A DNA stretch of 64,000 nt from the NCBI GenBank assembly GCA_964625535.1, contig CAZVEX010000003.1, positions 55,524 through 119,523 of the forward strand. Direction: 5' to 3'. Both the position numbers and the translations under genes were made by a program. Each line of letters starts with the position of its first letter. Position 1 is the stretch's first letter. Under the pieces are notes generated by a model that was not told the DNA's origin, made no database searches, and saw only the letters and a program-made list of their open reading frames with translations. Positions 61,701-64,000 of the stretch are shown one piece after another. The DNA comes from an uncultured Gammaproteobacteria bacterium. Its GTDB lineage: Bacteria; Patescibacteriota; Microgenomatia; Daviesbacterales; UBA10151.

Positions 61701-64000
61701 GGGAGGATCGGTGGTAGCTAATGCTTTGGAGGCTGGAAGCTTGCAGGTCAGGGAAAATGCCTATCTTAACAATCAGCTTTATGTGTCTGGAGGAATAAAC
61801 ATAGGAGCAGGAGGTTTGTTATCAAGCGGATCAGTGGGAATAGGGGTATCAACAGGGGTAACAGCCTTAAGAGTAGAACAATTTGGTTTTCAGGGAGTAG
61901 GGTCAACTGCACCTACGGCTATCTTTAATGGAGGGAATGTGGGGATAGGGGCCACCAACTCCCATGTCTTCCCCAATTTAAGCTCCATGCTTTGGGTGGG
62001 AGGTAATGTGGGTATTGGCTGGACAGGAACAGGTACTGCTACTCCAGTTCTTCCCGGCTTAGGATTATCCGTATTTGGTAATGTTGGTATTGGAGCAACT
62101 ACTGCAAACTCTACCCTTTCTGTGGCAGGATCTGCCCATATAGGCAGTTTAAGACAGGGTATAGCTGCCCCTGCCAATGGGTTGTTTGTGGATGGGAATG
62201 TGGGGATAGGGGCTACTACCTCTTCTAATGCTCTGGATGTCTGGGGTAATGCCAGGATTACAGGGGCCTTGACTGTGGGAGGAAATGTAACCCTGTCAGA
62301 TGGTGCTTTAATGGATTTATCAGCTATTAATACTTCTTCCACCACAGAAGGATTGCTTTTACCCCAAGCCACATCCTGTGCTTCCGGTACGGCTGAAGGC
62401 CAGATCTGCTGGGATACTGATAATGACACCCTTTACTTGGGTACAAACGGCAGCCAGGTAACTATAACCGGAGGCAGCCCGGCACTCCATACTATCACCG
62501 CGGCAACCACTACTAACACTATTGCCAATGCCAATAATGCCCAAGTCTGGAACTGGGGGACTTTAACTACTCAAACTGGATTAACCTTTGGCGGTGGTAC
62601 GGCTATGACCACTGGTAGTATTTTTGATTTAGGGTCAGCTACTTATGTTCATACGGCCTTAAATGATATTGGTGAGGTCATAAATATTAACTTCACAGAT
62701 GCTTCAACTAATGCCAACAATGGTGGTACCACGATTGGTTTAAATATAGCCTCAACTATTAATACTTCTGGTGCTGGCACTAAATCTATCACAGGCGTTA
62801 ATATTGCCACTCCTACCAAAACAGCCTGCACAACCGGTGCTTGTACCTGGACAGGTCTGGCAATTGCTGACCCCGGAACACTGGCTAATACCACATTTTA
62901 TGCTGCTACCTTTGCCGGCGGCAACGTCGGCATTGGCTTTACTGCACCTGACAGGTTAACTCAGATAGGATCGGATATAAACATAGTAGGTTCTAATACT
63001 TCACTTTTGGGAGCAGCAGGTAGCCAGTTTGCCATAACCGGAGGATCTGCCACAGGATTACAAAAGAAATTAGTCCTAGGCCTAGATACTACAGATAACT
63101 ATGGAGTAATCCAGGCAGGGAATACTTCAGGGACTAATTATGATTTATCCCTCAATCCTGCCGGAGGAAATATCGGCATCGGGACTACTACTCCTTTAAG
63201 CTTACTGCATCTTGACGGCAATATTGTCAGCATGCAAATCCGTTCCGCGTCAGATACAGCAGGTCAGGGAATTGGATATATTGCTGAACGATCCCGCGGC
63301 ACTCAAGCTGCCCCAACCGCCATTCAAGCTGATGACATGATCATGTCTTTAGCCAGTCGAGGATATGATGGGTCCTCTTTCACTACTCAAGCCGCCATAC
63401 GTTCTTTTGCTTCTCAAAACTTTACTGGTTCTAATAAAGGCACTTATTTAACTTTTTTGACAACACCCAATAATTCCACAACGAATACGGAAAGAATGAG
63501 AATAGACAATGGCGGCAACGTTGGCATTGGGTTTACCTCACCTACCAGATTATTAGAACTGGCTGTGGATGCTAACCCTGCAGGAACTAATGCATCATTA
63601 ATTAATACAGCAGGAACTACCCAATTAGCTTTAACAGGCACCGCAGCAAATGCCCAGAAAAAGTTAGTCCTGGGTATAGATACCACAGATAACTATGGAG
63701 TAATCCAGGCAGGGAATACTTCAGGGACTAATTATGATTTATCCCTAAATCCTGCCGGAGGGAATGTGGGGATAGGGACTACTTCCCCTCTTGCTCCTTT
63801 ACATGTCTGGGGTAATAATACAAATTCTGCCTTCTTCCTAAATGGCAACGTCGGCATTGGGATGACGAGCCCGGGGACACTTCTCCATTTAAAACATACG
63901 GGTGACGCGGCCATTACCCTCGAGGCGGATACGGATAATACCTCCGAAACAGATAACGCCTATATTAGATTCTTGCAGGACAATCGTCTTATCGAATCAG
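52714..64000 (+). CDS. Giant (>3,760 aa, 3'-partial) membrane-anchored surface protein. Architecture: N-terminal MerR-type HTH, single TM helix, huge extracellular region of [10 protein letters not shown] tail-fibre-like repeats, an LVIVD beta-propeller and internal segmental duplications.
   Basis: Own translation in frame 1 from the ATG at 52714, with a stop at 52684 in frame upstream. The frame was checked at 54241, 58441, 60661, 62941 and 63961 and is still open at the window end. N-terminus [45 protein letters not shown] is a MerR HTH. Residues ~109-131 [23 protein letters not shown] form a TM helix. GNVGIG repeats recur every ~20-25 residues. LVIVD-type blades (GRYAYxG...GCExQIWDxSNPxxP) are present. 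The gene is absent from the ORF track because there is no stop in the window. All minus-strand PIPTLP-rich ORFs here are antisense. Confidence 0.8.
   Translation, partial: [3762 protein letters not shown]
54641..56715 (+). repeat. Near-identical ~1.2 kb tandem segmental duplication inside the giant gene
   Basis: 54641-55147 vs 55825-56331 show 1 mismatch seen over ~507 bp. 55246-55500 vs 56461-56715 are near-identical. The blocks are separated by a diverged ~100 bp with a 31-nt indel (offsets 1184 and 1215 nt). Partial third copies lie at 54181-54270 and 57130-57250. Confidence 0.8.
56751..57735 (+). repeat. Second intragenic duplication (offset 768 nt), ~215-260 bp near-perfect
   Basis: 56751-56965 and 57519-57733 are identical (encoding [74 protein letters not shown]). 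This also explains the identical 61-aa antisense ORFs in the track. Confidence 0.8.
60560..61710 (+). repeat. LVIVD-repeat beta-propeller region (about 7 blades) within the giant gene, each blade with a conserved Cys pair
   Basis: Repeated GRYAYVG / GKYAYLG / GRYAYLA / GRYAYLW / GRYAYTN / GRYLYQV / GRYVWLG. Each is followed by ...[24 protein letters not shown]. Confidence 0.7.

Noticed and set aside
53661-63914. About twenty minus-strand ORFs rich in PIPTLP/PTLP motifs (e.g. 54756-55403, 55941-56618, 58224-58847, 59829-60614, 61890-62429)
   Set aside because: They are the antisense reading of the GNVGIG-repeat codons (ATTGGT/ACCAAT and so on) of the continuous plus-strand giant ORF. They are mutually interrupted by stops, whereas the plus frame is open throughout.

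Overview
This is a low-GC (~35-42%), gene-dense bacterial chromosomal segment using the standard genetic code (TGA is a stop). Its gene content and organisation suggest a streamlined, possibly CPR/Patescibacteria-like, genome. Recognisable genes include a 5'-truncated PyrD-like gene, two MreB paralogs, def-fmt, ribosomal protein genes, and a tRNA / rpmG / tRNA-Trp / secE-nusG-rplK-rplA / rplJ-rplL ribosomal cluster. There is also a minus-strand operon argH-argG-argF-argS-phosphoesterase-ndk, comEA-comEC, leuS, and an F-type ATP synthase operon (b, delta, alpha, gamma, beta, epsilon).

The ribosomal cluster is interrupted three times. A ~14.8 kb block lies between tRNA-Trp and secE. It carries a GH1 beta-glucosidase, a GH5-like hydrolase, a frameshifted six-hairpin glycosidase, an LCP-amidase fusion, PBP1A, and GC-elevated hypothetical genes. 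A membrane-protein / dockerin-protein pair sits between rplA and rplJ. An excisionase-type HTH gene sits where rpoB would normally follow rplL.

The arg/argS operon is preceded by what looks like a T-box riboswitch leader. It has an AGGGTGGCACCACGG motif, a terminator hairpin and a U-run.

The most striking feature is absent from the supplied ORF track. A single uninterrupted plus-strand reading frame starts at 52714 and runs off the window end, so it is >11.2 kb and >3,760 codons. It encodes an N-terminal MerR-type HTH, one transmembrane helix, then a giant repeat-rich extracellular region. That region contains [10 protein letters not shown] tail-fibre-like repeats, an LVIVD beta-propeller with paired cysteines, and several near-identical internal segmental duplications. 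All the proline-rich minus-strand ORFs listed for 53.6-64 kb are antisense artefacts of this gene.

Short tandem heptanucleotide repeat arrays recur in several coding regions and upstream regions.
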